Origin: an uncultured Gammaproteobacteria bacterium
Lineage (GTDB): Bacteria > Pseudomonadota > Gammaproteobacteria > JAURND01
Assembly: GCA_963714975.1 (NCBI GenBank)
Contig: CAVQQD010000001.1
Span: 32,001 to 96,000, forward strand
Direction of reading: 5' to 3'
DNA length: 64,000 bases
Below, one piece after another: positions 20,576 to 32,370 of this stretch (positions within the stretch are counted from its first letter, which is position 1; every line of letters begins with the position of its first letter). The notes under the pieces are model-generated. The model ran no database searches. It was not told the DNA's origin and saw only the letters and a list, made by a program, of their open reading frames with translations. The position numbers were made by a program, and so were the translations under genes.

Positions 20576-23244
20576 CTATTTCAATGTAGATATAGTCATC
20601 ATCTGCTGAGCTTGATATGCTACAGCTTCTAATTCCGTACATCCAAATTTAAGCATCAGTTGCCTACGGGCATGTTTTTCATGCTGTTCGGTCGCAGCCA
20701 TGGCCAAATAGAGCCGCGGCGGGACCGAACGAAATAAACTGCTAAGCTTGGGGCTAAGCAACACCCCTTCGGTGTACTGACCCCTCGCTTTGCGGGCCGA
20801 TAAAAATAACTGGCGTTGTTCGCGCGTTAAGGGTTTGAACTGTTCGATCTTAGCGATTTCATCGGGGGTCGAGCTCAAGCACATCCAGGTTTCGATCATA
20901 CTCAGCATCTTGTGGGCTTCTTCAGCAAAGTCGGTCATATTTTGCGTGGCAATCCACAGCCACCAGCCGAGTTTGCGTCCCATTTTGGCACCGCGGGTTT
21001 CTAAAGCCGCTAACAATGGCACTTTACTGAAAATATGATTTTCATCTAAAACCGAGATCAAGGGGCGGTTGGAGTACTGATTGGCCTCGGCCAGGGCTTG
21101 GATTTTGTTAAATACTCCACAAAACGCAATGGCGCGTTGGGCTTCGTAGCCTTCTTGGGCAAATAAGCCAAAATCCACGACCGTGATATCTGCTAAGGGC
21201 CAGGGTTGGCCTTCGGTATTAAAAAACTGCGCGCCCAAGGGGTCGCGAATAAAATAGCACAGACCATCAGCCATCTCCCGACTGCGGCGGATTTTGTCGC
21301 GCTCACGCAAGGGATCTAAGGTGCTGCTGACCCGCTCTAAGGCTTCGACGATATCTTGGGTAATGAGCTGCGTTCGCTGTTGCTGACGAGCCTGTTCCGC
21401 CGCAGAAATAATCGCCTCCATCATCAACAAGCGATCACAGCGACGAATCCGCTGCTCTTCTTTGGGTTCGCCGCCGGTCATCATCACTAAGGCCGCTAAG
21501 ACCATATCGCCTAAGATATCGCGGGTCATGGCCCTCAGATTCTTCCAGCAGATCGGCAGAGTACCTGTTCAGGGCGAAGCGCCGCCAGTTGATCTAGCAC
21601 TTTTAAGCCGTCGTGAAAAGGATTTAAGGAGACCGGATGCTTGGGATCGATTTTGACTTTGTTGACCGATAGTCCTAGGCTGTGACAATAATCGGCTAAT
21701 AAATCAAAGGACCCCCCGGCATCTAGAATAAAAAAGCGCGGGTTGTATAAGGCCAGATGATGCAGGATCAAAAAATTTAAGGTGTTGGATTTTCCGGTGC
21801 CGGTTTCTCCCAGCAATAAAAAATGCGCATTTTTAGTCCGATCTTGCAGCAGGTCATAGAACCAGGGCTCCCCTCCCCGATTAAACATCAGCATCCCCGG
21901 AGTACCCGTCCCGCGACTGCGCCCATAGAACGGCAGTAATTTGGCCACATCACTCAACACCACATAGCGCGAGCGATAGTGGTATTTCCGATCCAGGGCA
22001 AAATCATAATTCATCGGCAAATAACGCAAATACGCATCACTCGGAAATAATTCCTGGTCGGTAATGATATGAAAGCCGTGGCTATTCAATAACACCTCGA
22101 CCTGGGCTTCGCGTGCTTTTAATTGCGCTAGGTTCTCACCCCGCAGATAAACCGCCAGGGTCAGGGGAATTAAATAGTCGCCCTCGGCCATTGCGGTTTC
22201 GGCCTCCTGTACTTCAGTTTTGACTTTAATGGCTAAGGCATGGTGTCCCACCGCACTGTGTTGAATCTGTTTTAAATGCCAGGCGACTTCGCTCGGCGCT
22301 TGCAGCACTAAGGTGAGAGACAAGACACTGCCTTCAGGGAGATGGTCGATCAGGGTCACGACCTTCTGATCGGTGGAACTGGCCCGCTCGGCACTCAAAT
22401 GGCCAATGGTGGGATTGCTGCGGATACTTTGGATGGTCAGCACTTTGTGCGGCATCCCGTCAAACAGCCAGCCCTCGGCACAGGATTCCGGGTGCGGAAA
22501 AAAATAACTGTTCGCTCAAATTCCAGGTCATGGGTTTATTTTCGGCATCGGGATAATGAGATTCTAAAGACCGTTTGGGATTAAACCAGCGCACGAGCCA
22601 CTGGTAAAAATCACTTCCCATTAGGCGTTTGACGCCTAAGCCACAAGCCCGCCATTGCGCAGCAAGCTTCTCGGCAATGCGCAGGATTTCGGCGACGTCC
22701 TTTTCCCGTTCGGGGAGGGGTTTAGTGTCATGGCAAGGCCGGTAAAGGACGGCATAGATGTGCCACTGTCCTCCTTGAAAGGCACATTGAGTCACATCAG
22801 TATCCACAAAAATACCGCCCGGTTGACTGACGTAATCTAAGTGGGTTTTTAGAGTATTGAGATGGGCTTGGACTAAGAGCGTGTCGCGTCGCGCTCAGGG
22901 ATTGCTTGGGTCACCTTGTCCAGCACCCAAGATAAATTGCTATCGCGTTGCACAAAAATTTGCAAAATCCAGGGATGGTCCTTTTCAAACGGAATGGCGT
23001 GTTGCAAGGCATTTTTCAAGGACTGATGAATCGCCTCTAACATCTCGGGAGGACGGGCTTCACAGGCAACGGGGGTAATTTCAAAGCCAACCCCCAGGCT
23101 GCATAAATCTTGCAGTAAAAAAACCTGATGAGCTTCGTGATAATCACGCCAGGGCAGCCGATGAGCCAGCGAAGGATGCTGCGCATAACTGCACGCGATA
23201 TCGGCCCTTGAAATTCGAGCACTTGTGCGTCGCTTAAAAAACAT
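20576..23244 (-). CDS. VirB4/TraC-like conjugative ATPase (TIGR03744), frameshifted
   Basis: FNRGGEP, Walker A GETGTGKS, DAGGSF, LDENH, KMGRKLGWWLWIATQ. Confidence 0.92.
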
Positions 23245-23299
23245 AGTCTGTTCAACCTGAAGAAATGAATGGTAGGGATGGACTGCAGCAAATCACTGA

Positions 23300-25030
23300 C
23301 ATCCCCCAGCACCCGAGTCTAGAGTGCCCCATGCTAGGATATTGATACCAGGAAGACACGATCATTTCGGCTTTAAGCTTAAAAATTAAATAGCGGTATA
23401 CAGATTGATGGCAACTGATCAAGACCATGCCAAAGCCAATCCCCTCGAGTGTCTCTTTACTCCAGAAGAGTTATACCTTAGAATCCTATTATTAACGGCG
23501 CGGCAGAATTACTATTAGATCACATGAGAGATTAATCAGCGCTACGAAGAATATGAAAAAAATCAATGCGCATTGGCTGAGATTTAAGTGACCACACGGG
23601 CAATTCGCAGTCGTATTGCCCCATTTGAGCGAAATTATCGAGTTTGTTTTGATCAATCACTACACGGAGCCAACTCCATGATGACGAAGAGCCAAGAAAT
23701 CTTCCGAAACAAAGCCAAAATTGCGGAATATGCCAGAGAATGTGGCATTGAAAAATTTTCTTACATAAACCCATTTTGGACGAAAACTGGAAAGAAAATG
23801 AAACGTGTATTGGATGATTAGCACGAATTTAAATTTGTTGATTAAAGAACAAGAAGATAATCACAGTTCAAAACTGGGCAGCTTAATTACCGATAAAGGA
23901 AATCACCATTTTCCAGCGACGTTATTCCCCAAGATTTGATGCGACCAGATTGGTGAACAGTATCAGCGATCCCACGGATAGACAAGCCACTCCGCTATTG
24001 AAGCGGCTATCACTTGTGCAGGAATTAACCGAAGAGCCGTTATTGAGCATTCATAAAGGTCAACTTGCATGCTAGCATGTAAGACAATCGAAAAAATAGC
24101 ATCTTCTGACAATGTACTAATCGAAAGAAGCAAGATCCAGAATTAGTACATGCCATAGTATGAAAAATCCAAAAGAAACATGAAAGCCGATAAAAAACTA
24201 GTCAACTGGTAATGCCGCGATATATTTTGCCCATAAAAATAAGAAAGCCACCACTCATAACGGGTCAGTCACCCTTTTGATGCGGCTTGCGAACTAAACC
24301 ACCTGCTGTTCTAAAAGTCTGATCGGTTGGAACCAAAACGAGTTAATTCAACTCACCTATACCTAGGGACAATACGGAAAACCCTTGTCATATGAGCGCT
24401 TCTTATATTTAATAGGCCCAACTAATTAGCATCAATTAATACTCAAAAATTTCGGAATAGCAACTACAATTGGATTAGTGCAATTTTAGGTTCTTCAAAG
24501 TGCGAAATTATTTATTTGACTTGGAAAGGGTCAGAAAAAATAATCAAGACACAAAATTGGTATCAAACTTCCATAAAAAATGATTTTAAAGAAGCATATC
24601 TGGTATTAAAACCCATCTGCAGACTTATCCATTATCAGAAGAACCATATTTAGGGGAGCGCATCCACAATAAGAGTGTTAAACTGATCAGATAAAAAATG
24701 ACGGAAAGATAATTTTTCCGTCACTTTCTCAGTTCAAACATCATTAGGGCAATATTTTACCTAATTGTATGATCGAATTTTTTTCTCGAATTGCCTCCAA
24801 TGATCAACAACAAAGATAGCTTTAAGGCAAACTAATTTTTTATCTTAGTTTACCAATTATCGAAATCAGTGGTCATTTAACTCGACTAACTCAGTAATAA
24901 AGAGTATTCTAGACCATGAGAGTTAATATCACCGGGTGATGAAATTACTTAGTCCATCGAAAACAGCGATTAGTAATTAATTCTGCCCTAGATTTCGAGA
25001 AATAATCAAACGAATTTACAGTAACTACAT
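23300..25030. other. AT-rich insert with decayed ORF fragments between the lipoprotein and ATPase genes
   Basis: Drop in GC content; only short broken ORFs. Confidence 0.5.
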
Positions 25031-25031
25031 T

Positions 25032-25400
25032 TTAATTGTTATAAACATTAACTGTAATGATCCTGCGCATAAACATAAACACCGTTTCATACCCTGGGAT
25101 TGGAATTTGGGCATTGCCTGCTAGATGCGGATACACATACATCATCAATTCAGGATTGGGTAATTTTCGAAAAGCAGAGGTATTTTCTAGTGCGGTCCTC
25201 TTAGGTTCTTCGGTGATTAATGGAGTCGTTAATTCTTGTGCCAGTGATCTTGCGGGTTTAGGTTCTGCAGTACGGGATGGCTCAACCGCCTCATAGACTT
25301 GCTCCATGGTCGGCCCCTGGTGCGGGACGACATTGCCAACATAACTTTGACAGGCCGCAAGATTAATCCACATCAAGGGCATCAGGTAACGGATGCGCAT
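25032..25400 (-). CDS. TIGR03751 conjugal transfer lipoprotein
   Basis: Lipobox LAAC; GPTMEQVY; KLPNPELMMYVYPHLAG..PIPGYETVF. Confidence 0.88.
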   Translation of the reverse strand: MRIRYLMPLMWINLAACQSYVGNVVPHQGPTMEQVYEAVEPSRTAEPKPARSLAQELTTPLITEEPKRTALENTSAFRKLPNPELMMYVYPHLAGNAQIPIPGYETVFMFMRRIITVNVYNN

Positions 25401-26595
25401 AGGTAATTTTCCTCCCGTTGGGGTCATAATCAATGGTAATTTCTTTTGCAAAATTCACGACAATGCGTTGGGGCTCGCCATTGGGCTTTAGGGTGGGCAC
25501 AAACACCGCATCAAAGGAATTCTCGACGCGGTCATGCCACCACGCTTGGACTGACTGCGTGGAACGGCTCAAAGCCTGAGCGGCGACATAAGCACTGTGT
25601 GAACCCGTAACCGCTTGGGTGTTCTGACCCACCAGAGCATTGCTCGTGGTGGTTTGGGCTGAAGCATAGGCGTTGGCGGCGCCTTCAGCCGCTCCCAGTG
25701 CTACATTAATCCCTAAATACGCCGGAGCATTAGTGATGAGTTGGCCACGAATGGCGGGATTGCCATATTCATCGGAGAGATAGCCCAAAGCATTTTCTTT
25801 GGTGAAATGCCCAATATTATTGTCATTGGAGGTGGTGGTGGAAATCGTGCCATCGGCAAAGACAAAGGTCAACGAGGTGACCCAGCCCCGGGTACTGACT
25901 AAATTTAAATCCCCTTCGGCATAGCCACTGACAATGAGTTGCCGTAAATTCGGAACCCGCAAGCCATTGGCCGCTAAGGTGTCATCGGCAAATACAATTT
26001 TAAAGGGATAAGGGTCGGTCACCACGCCTTTAATTGGAATCCGGCCAATCAGGGGCGACATGAGGCGATCGTGCACCGAAGTCGCATTGGCGGGAATGGT
26101 GTAGTAAGGGAGCGGTTTTTTCAAAGCGACGGAATCCGTCAGGGGTGGTATCGCGGCCGCCTTCAGGCGGGGATCGGGCCATTCTTCGGTCACATCTGAC
26201 ACCAGGGTAATCGGTTTAGCAGCTGAAAGGTTGGGTTCGCTGACGGAGCGGGTATTGAATTGGGCTTTGAGTTGTTCGATTTGTTGGGTAAGTTCGGCCA
26301 CTCCCTGAGGCTTTGATTCCAGTTGGTGTAAGAGTTCCTGGTTTTGCTGTTGCAAGCTTTGGTTTTGGGTCACGATGGCTTGTACTTTGTGTTCGGTGGC
26401 GGAGAGTTGGGCGGTTAAGGTATCGAGAGATTCGGCCGCACTGTCTTGGGAGGCGGTATTTTTGGTCGCTGTCGGCAGAGGTACCAGATCAGGAGCCGCG
26501 TGATGCAGTAGTTTTTGGGTGACTGTTACAGCCAAAATAGCGATCAGCAGCGGAACACCCCATTTGAGTAATCGATTGGTTTTATGTGCGGCCAT
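25363..26595 (-). CDS. TIGR03752 (PFL_4705, VirB10-like) protein
   Basis: YTIPANAT..LIGRIPIKGVVTDPYPFK..LAANG; IDYDPNGRK. Confidence 0.9.
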   Translation of the reverse strand: MAAHKTNRLLKWGVPLLIAILAVTVTQKLLHHAAPDLVPLPTATKNTASQDSAAESLDTLTAQLSATEHKVQAIVTQNQSLQQQNQELLHQLESKPQGVAELTQQIEQLKAQFNTRSVSEPNLSAAKPITLVSDVTEEWPDPRLKAAAIPPLTDSVALKKPLPYYTIPANATSVHDRLMSPLIGRIPIKGVVTDPYPFKIVFADDTLAANGLRVPNLRQLIVSGYAEGDLNLVSTRGWVTSLTFVFADGTISTTTSNDNNIGHFTKENALGYLSDEYGNPAIRGQLITNAPAYLGINVALGAAEGAANAYASAQTTTSNALVGQNTQAVTGSHSAYVAAQALSRSTQSVQAWWHDRVENSFDAVFVPTLKPNGEPQRIVVNFAKEITIDYDPNGRKITYAHPLPDALDVD

Positions 26596-27447
26596 GGCAC
26601 CTCGTCAGACTCTCGTTAAAGCCTTGCTTGGAAATTAAGAATAAGGTCGTGCTATCGCCGGTTTTATCTCCCGCGGATTTCAAAGTACGACGCGGATATA
26701 GGCTCGCGGCTTGCCACGTTCCGCAGAGATCCCGGTCTAAATGCAGCATCGTGGAATGCGCCCAAGGATTGCGTAATTCCACCGCAGTAATCGTGAGCTC
26801 TTCATGCGTCCAGGAAGCGATGGGGTGGGCCAAAACCGTCTCGGGATAGAGCAAGTGACTAACCCAGAAAGAGTATGCATTGGCGTGCGGATAAATCCGG
26901 TTTCTGAGACGACATGGTCCAGTGTATACAGCTGTTGCCAAGCCAAGCGCAGGGCCTCAACCAAATCATCCGCTTGGGAAGGTTTTTCGGTAGCGTCGGG
27001 TGAATCCTTAATCTTATCGGCATTTTTGTGATTTTTGGCATTTAAAATCCTAATTACTTGGCATTTGGCATTGGCCTGATCAGCAGTTTCAATATCCACT
27101 AACATGATTTTTTGGGAATCCTTGAGCAGGATAGACAGGCGCGTGCGCGGAATAGCTTTTAAAGCGGTCAAATAGAGGCTGCGGTCATGGTTAATGATCC
27201 GCAATTGTTCGGTGGTCAGGTGCCCAGCCAAGTCCACTTGCACCGGCTCGGGAAAGATCACCCGTTTTTCCTGGGCTAGGGGCAAGGGAATGAGAATGGG
27301 GTCGCCTTGCCACTGCAACGGCTGATTGGATTCTATAGGAGTCGCCTCCTGCAAGGCGTGGATTTGCGTGTCAGTTAAAGGCAATACCGGGGCGACCCAG
27401 GACACCGAAGAAAAGGTCAATAGCACGAGGAAAAGGCGTATGTTCAT
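26582..27447 (-). CDS. TIGR03749 (PFL_4704) protein, frameshifted
   Basis: WQGDPILIPLPLAQEKRVIFP; AWQQLY; ITAVELRN. Confidence 0.85.
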
Positions 27448-28083
27448 GGGAGCAAGCTTCCAAGGCAGGCGTTGCGGAGGAGACACATATCCGGCCAGGA
27501 CCAATCCGTAGGGGTTGCTGCTGGGAGAGACATCATGACGGGTAATTTTTAACGGATAGCGAATGACCGCCTCTTTCACCCGTTGGTCGTTTTTATATTC
27601 TTGCAGATGCATGGTTAAATCCACTTCCCAGGTTGAAGCACTTAATTTTTTCACGGAACGGGAATCGAAGGCCGCTCCAGCGAGACCTTGCATAAAACGT
27701 TGGCGTTGGCTTTGACCACTGCGGCTTAATTCCTGGACTTCGCGCTTGAGGACCGCCTGAAATTCGGGCGTCAAGTAAGCGGCATAAGTGTGTAAGTGAT
27801 TTAAAGCCTCAACACTGCCATTGCTGGGCCAGTGATTGAGCTCTTGCCAGAGTTCATAAGCAAAGCTGTACAGAAACGGCTCGGGAATGTCCTGGGGATT
27901 GAGGACCGCACCCTGGTGCAAATCCGGTGGCAGGTAGAGGCGTAATCGTGAAGGAGCAGTCATCCACCCCAGCAATAACAGTAACACCAAAAGTAATAAC
28001 ACCGCGATGCTGTATTTTTGGAACTGAATCACCGCGACATCGCGGTCCTCTTTTTTCCAAGCGCTAAAGAAGTAATTTTTCAT
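27444..28083 (-). CDS. TIGR03746 (PFL_4703) protein
   Basis: APSRLRLYLPPDL, FAYELWQELNHW, YLTP, NPYGLVL. Confidence 0.88.
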
Positions 28084-28134
28084 CAGACTTGTTGATCCTA
28101 TTCGACACACATATCTCATTTAAAACCCAGAGGA

Positions 28135-28233
28135 TTCGTCGTCCCGGCATGAATGCCGGGATCTAGAATCACAGGGACGTAAAAACTTTGCGTCCTGCAG
28201 ATTGGATCCCGGCATCCATGCTGGGACGACGAA
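28135..28233. repeat. About 100-bp palindromic element (REP/RPE-like)
   Basis: 30-bp arms TTCGTCGTCCCGGCATGAATGCCGGGATCT with 27/30 complementarity, plus an inner stem. Confidence 0.8.
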
Positions 28234-28234
28234 C

Positions 28235-28585
28235 TCAGGATAGCCTGTTAACCGACCAACGGCCTTGGCGTTGGAGCCAAGGGGCTTGCCAAAAATAATC
28301 CACATAAGGCCACGCACTTACGCGCTTGAGAAACACGTGTTGGTAGTAGCCATAGGGTTTGCCGTATTTAATTTGCTGCAATTTCCCCAGGAAAAACCGC
28401 GTGGCATGAATGAGACTCAGTAAAATTAAGGCCATACCAATCGCGGCATAATCGAACAGGAGCTGAGTTAAAAAGGCGAAGAGCGCCCCTCCTACAATCA
28501 GATAGAGACTGCCCACGCTCATCAGTTCTAGAAAAGTGCAATCTTTGTAGATCGGCATTTTGTGATGAATATGATGGAAAATCAT
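28235..28585 (-). CDS. TIGR03750 (DUF3487) conjugal transfer protein
   Basis: PIYKDCTFLEL, KYGKPYGYY; synteny. Confidence 0.8.
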   Translation of the reverse strand: MIFHHIHHKMPIYKDCTFLELMSVGSLYLIVGGALFAFLTQLLFDYAAIGMALILLSLIHATRFFLGKLQQIKYGKPYGYYQHVFLKRVSAWPYVDYFWQAPWLQRQGRWSVNRLS

Positions 28586-28593
28586 GTAATTCC

Positions 28594-28949
28594 TTAGTGC
28601 GGAATAATGGAAAAGCCCATGTAGAGGAGCCCGGCGCCAATCGCGACGGTAGCAATCGCGACCGCCGTATGTTTAAAAAAGTGGCCCAAGTCTTGGCGTT
28701 CTTGGGCGACGTGATAGGACTTAAAAATGCCAAAGGCCGCGCCCGAAGCAATCATGGCGCCCATCGCAATTAAGGCATAACTTAAGGTCTTATAGGCGAG
28801 ATTGCCCCCAACGTCGATCCAATCGTTACTGCTATTTGCCAAACTACTAGCCGGGGGTTTGGGTAAGTCCGCCAAGGCCAAGGCACAAAAGGCCTGAGCA
28901 CTGAGCCAAGACAAAGCCGGGATAATTTTTGAATCCAAGGGAGTTTCAT
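28594..28949 (-). CDS. TIGR03745 (DUF2976, pilin-like) membrane protein
   Basis: ALADLPKPP followed by two TM helices; synteny. Confidence 0.75.
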
Positions 28950-28959
28950 AGTCATTCCT

Positions 28960-29199
28960 ATTTAAGGTGTTAAGGGGTAAAAGCCACGAGACAGCAATGG
29001 CCACTAAAAACAAAATGCGCAACACATAGCGCTGGACATCGAGGATATCCACCGCATGATGGCGCAAGTAATGTAATAGGCTGTACAGCAAGGCTCCCGC
29101 CCAAAAAAAGACCAGGATCAGCCAGAGACTACGCACCAGCAGGCTCAGCTGGGCCGCTGATACCCCGGCGGCGGCCGCAAATGCGTCGAGACTAGTCAT
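28960..29199 (-). CDS. TIGR03758 (DUF3262) protein
   Basis: AFAAAAGVSAAQLSLL; synteny. Confidence 0.75.
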
Positions 29200-29537
29200 G
29201 TTCTTAGCTCTTCATAATCCCCGCTAATTGAGGGAAGGATTTTAGGAGTCAATACGGGATGATTGAGTTTGGCTTGAATGCCTTGTTGGATGGCGTTCAC
29301 ATCATCAAGTAATCCGGCGTGCTTATTTCCTTGGGCATCCGTCCAGGCCGTGTAATGAAATTTTACTCGTTGATTAGGGGATTGCTGGTGGCGTGCGGCC
29401 TCAATCATCGGCTTCATGGCTTCGAGCTGGTGAACAAGGTGGGTTAAATACACGCTTTCGAGTTCCGGGCTAGCCAAGCAATTGACACAACCACCGAGGA
29501 AAAGCACGCCAACTAAGGAATGTAATCGCATCTGCAT
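29196..29537 (-). CDS. RAQPRD-family ICE protein
   Basis: LVHQLEAM..RVKFHY..DVNAIQQGI..ISGDY. Confidence 0.8.
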   Translation of the reverse strand: MQMRLHSLVGVLFLGGCVNCLASPELESVYLTHLVHQLEAMKPMIEAARHQQSPNQRVKFHYTAWTDAQGNKHAGLLDDVNAIQQGIQAKLNHPVLTPKILPSISGDYEELRT

Positions 29538-29766
29538 TTCTCACAATATTTTTTAAAACCACACAGGCTCCCTTGGACCGCAAACCCTAATCCCGAGCGC
29601 TAACGGGACGAGGATTACAAAGGGAGCCAACGGCCAAGGAAGAACAAGTAAAGAAATAATGGCACCGACCAGATACCGGTCAGGCGCCGTTTGATCGCAT
29701 GAAAAAATAACGCACGGTCGGGAGCGGCTTGGAATTTACGAATATCGCGCTGACCTAAGCCATCAA

Positions 29767-31478
29767 CCTAAAAACGGCAGTTGAAGGACTTCCTAACCGA
29801 TAAAACTCTGATCAAATATCTTCCAACAAAGTACCTTTTTTTCAATTTTATGTGGGTGCTGATAAACCAAGTGGTGGCTGCAGCGACTTTCCATTTAAAT
29901 ATTTTCCTACTGCTTGGCTCAAAATTCGATACCAACATTGATCATGTGTTAACTGCTCCGCATCTTTTTTTAATCCTTTAAAAAATTTCACCACGCGGCT
30001 TAATAACATTTGAACTTTATTAATATTTCCATGCGTGCTGCTGATAACAATGTGTGTTTGTCTTGCATGGACAGTTTGTTTTGCCATAGCATGCAATAAT
30101 AAGGGACGACTCGTAATAGCTTCTAAATGTTTGTCAGGTTCTGCCAGGCGAGCAAATATATTCCACCAATTATAAATAAGAGCAACCACGCGCGACATAA
30201 AGCGGCAACGCTTCATGTCTTGGGTTGTAAACCCGCTCCAACCCCATTGATTTTTCAATTCATCAAATATATTTTCACTGTCCGCACGATCGCGATAATG
30301 TTGCGCAATAGTCAGTATTTCATCCGGTAATGAAGTAACTAATACAGCGTATTCATAAACATAGGTTTTATCATCAACCTCACCAAAACATATCTCTAAT
30401 TGTTTTGTTCCTGCATGTTGTGAAATAAGCATTAAATTTTTTTGTATTTTTTTTCTCAACACGATGACTCGACGCGATCTTTCCCAACCATCTAATTTCA
30501 ATAAGGCATCAGTCCCTTCCCAGCCCTGATCAGCAAAATACCAATCTTGACGAACCATTTTTACTTCTTCTATTAAACGCTTTACATTCTTCGTTGATTT
30601 CAATTTAAATAAATAGGGTATTTGCTTTTCTTCAGCAATTTTCATCACACCATCTGTACCAAAAGCACAATCACCTCGCAAAAATTGAGGCCACTGTGCA
30701 CGCGGAATACGATCTAATAATTCCCATAAATCAGGCGCCGAATAACTGGATGCCATTTGATTACCAGGCTGTACTTCAACATCCAGTACTAAACGTAAAT
30801 TGGCGATAAAATAGGAATGATAGGTATGAGAAGGGCGGCCAGGTTTTGTTGGATTATAACCCAATACAGCTCCTTCCTGTTTTCCATAAAGTACTTTAAC
30901 TGTGGTATCAACATCTAATATCCATGGCACACTCAGCAATGGCACATAACATTTATTTAAATGTTTTTGTAGCCATACTATTCCAGCTTCTTCTTCCATT
31001 TTTACAAAAGCACGCCGGAGTGAATCTTCACTCACTATTTTTTTCATACCCAATAAATCTGGATTTACTCCATCACAACGCAATGTAGTGATATGAGCAT
31101 AGCGACTATGACCTGCTAAAACAGCTAATAACAGCGTACCTAAAATGTCACGATTTGAAGGAGCGTTGGGACTTACTAATTGCAATGGACAATCTTCAAC
31201 CCAAGGGTCAAATAAATTTCCAATCTTTAAAAATTCAATAAAAAATGCCAATTGTCCTAGCGGAGTTACAGCAGCTTGAGGATCCCATTCCACATAGATG
31301 CGACCACCAAAAGTATCTAGGGCTAATGAGACATTTTTGGCTAATAAATTTTCTTCTTTTAAGTCTTCTGGCAGTTCACCCGTTGGGTGAAGAGGAGCCG
31401 GAGGTAGTTTCATGCGATTTCCCCTGTAATTTTGTTATAAGGGTCGCATTATCTCATAGTTCAACTGCTTTTTTTAGG
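29767..31478 (-). mobile_element. IS1380-family insertion sequence
   Basis: 19-bp TIRs CCTAAAAACGGCAGTTGAA (17/19 match); 5-bp TSD ATCAA at 29762-29766 and 31479-31483. Confidence 0.92.
29848..31413 (-). CDS. IS1380-family transposase
   Basis: ILDVDTT..GYNP, LRGDCAF, YRDRADSENIFDELK. Confidence 0.92.
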   Translation of the reverse strand: MKLPPAPLHPTGELPEDLKEENLLAKNVSLALDTFGGRIYVEWDPQAAVTPLGQLAFFIEFLKIGNLFDPWVEDCPLQLVSPNAPSNRDILGTLLLAVLAGHSRYAHITTLRCDGVNPDLLGMKKIVSEDSLRRAFVKMEEEAGIVWLQKHLNKCYVPLLSVPWILDVDTTVKVLYGKQEGAVLGYNPTKPGRPSHTYHSYFIANLRLVLDVEVQPGNQMASSYSAPDLWELLDRIPRAQWPQFLRGDCAFGTDGVMKIAEEKQIPYLFKLKSTKNVKRLIEEVKMVRQDWYFADQGWEGTDALLKLDGWERSRRVIVLRKKIQKNLMLISQHAGTKQLEICFGEVDDKTYVYEYAVLVTSLPDEILTIAQHYRDRADSENIFDELKNQWGWSGFTTQDMKRCRFMSRVVALIYNWWNIFARLAEPDKHLEAITSRPLLLHAMAKQTVHARQTHIVISSTHGNINKVQMLLSRVVKFFKGLKKDAEQLTHDQCWYRILSQAVGKYLNGKSLQPPLGLSAPT

Positions 31479-31929
31479 ATCAACCGCTCCTACCATCAGT
31501 GCTACTAAAAATAAGGGCAGCAGGTAGTAAACCATCAAAGCCTTAACCCACACCAGGTGGGTGATCGTCCCTAAAAAGGCTCCTAGGCGGCAGACATGCT
31601 CAATTCCCTCCTTGAGCTTTGAAAACCTAGGGGGCAACACCGAAGTGAAACGAAAGACAGGCTGCTGGATCTCGTGAACAAACCCTATCGCCAACGTTTC
31701 TTTTACCCAACTCACTGGCTTCGGGAGCGTCCTCTCTTGCGGGAGCTCCTGTTCAACGCGTTGGGTGATTCGCAGTAAATGCCCTTGCGTTTGTTGGGGG
31801 CCGTGCCAAAATTGATACCCACCAAATCCAATCACTAATAATAGCCACGCCAAACCAAAAAGCCAACACAGGAGCAAGACTTGACGGCATACTCCTGCTA
31901 CCAACCCCCGACTCCGAGGGGGCAACGGA

Positions 31930-32370
31930 TTAGGGGGCGGGGCCATGCGGGTTCGGGTTAAAGGGGCTGAGCTCAAAGCGGCGAATGATCGGCTCCGCGG
32001 GATAGAGTTCGCGCAACGCCGCGGTGAAAGCCTGATTAAAAGCCAATTCCCTCGTAATCTTGTCGTGCTCTTGTTGAGCAGCAAGGCGTGCAAAATGCTG
32101 TTGTTCAGGAAGCGTCGCGGCATTCAGCCCCAAGACCGCCGGCGGAGAAAGTTCCCGATACCAACGACCGCTGGGACCTTGCATGAGACGTTGATAAAGT
32201 TGCCATTCTTCTTCGGTTAACTGCCAGTCTGCTGCGGGACTGGTTGAAATAGTGATGGAATTGGCCACTTGCGTGGTAGTTTCCTGGGAATTGTTGACCT
32301 GCGCCCCTGAGGAGGTAAGAGGCACTAGACTAGCAAACAACATAAAAGCGGTAATTATTTTATTGTTCAT
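31930..32370 (-). CDS. TIGR03759 (PFL_4693) protein
   Basis: WQLTEEEWQLYQRLMQGPSG..LSPPAVLG..ELAFNQAF. Confidence 0.88.
   Translation of the reverse strand: MNNKIITAFMLFASLVPLTSSGAQVNNSQETTTQVANSITISTSPAADWQLTEEEWQLYQRLMQGPSGRWYRELSPPAVLGLNAATLPEQQHFARLAAQQEHDKITRELAFNQAFTAALRELYPAEPIIRRFELSPFNPNPHGPAP

Larger units (their letters stand above)
29541..31946 (-). pseudogene. TIGR03747 (DUF4400) membrane protein split by IS1380
   Basis: LPLFLVALMVGAVD on one side continues as GLGQRDIRKFQ on the other. Confidence 0.85.

Noticed and set aside
26737-28119. TIGR03746-TIGR03749 fusion protein
   Set aside because: The second gene has its own start and signal peptide; the fusion is consistent with an indel error
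28594-29199. Single 201-aa membrane protein
   Set aside because: An internal RBS and ATG at 28949 indicate two standard ICE genes merged by indels
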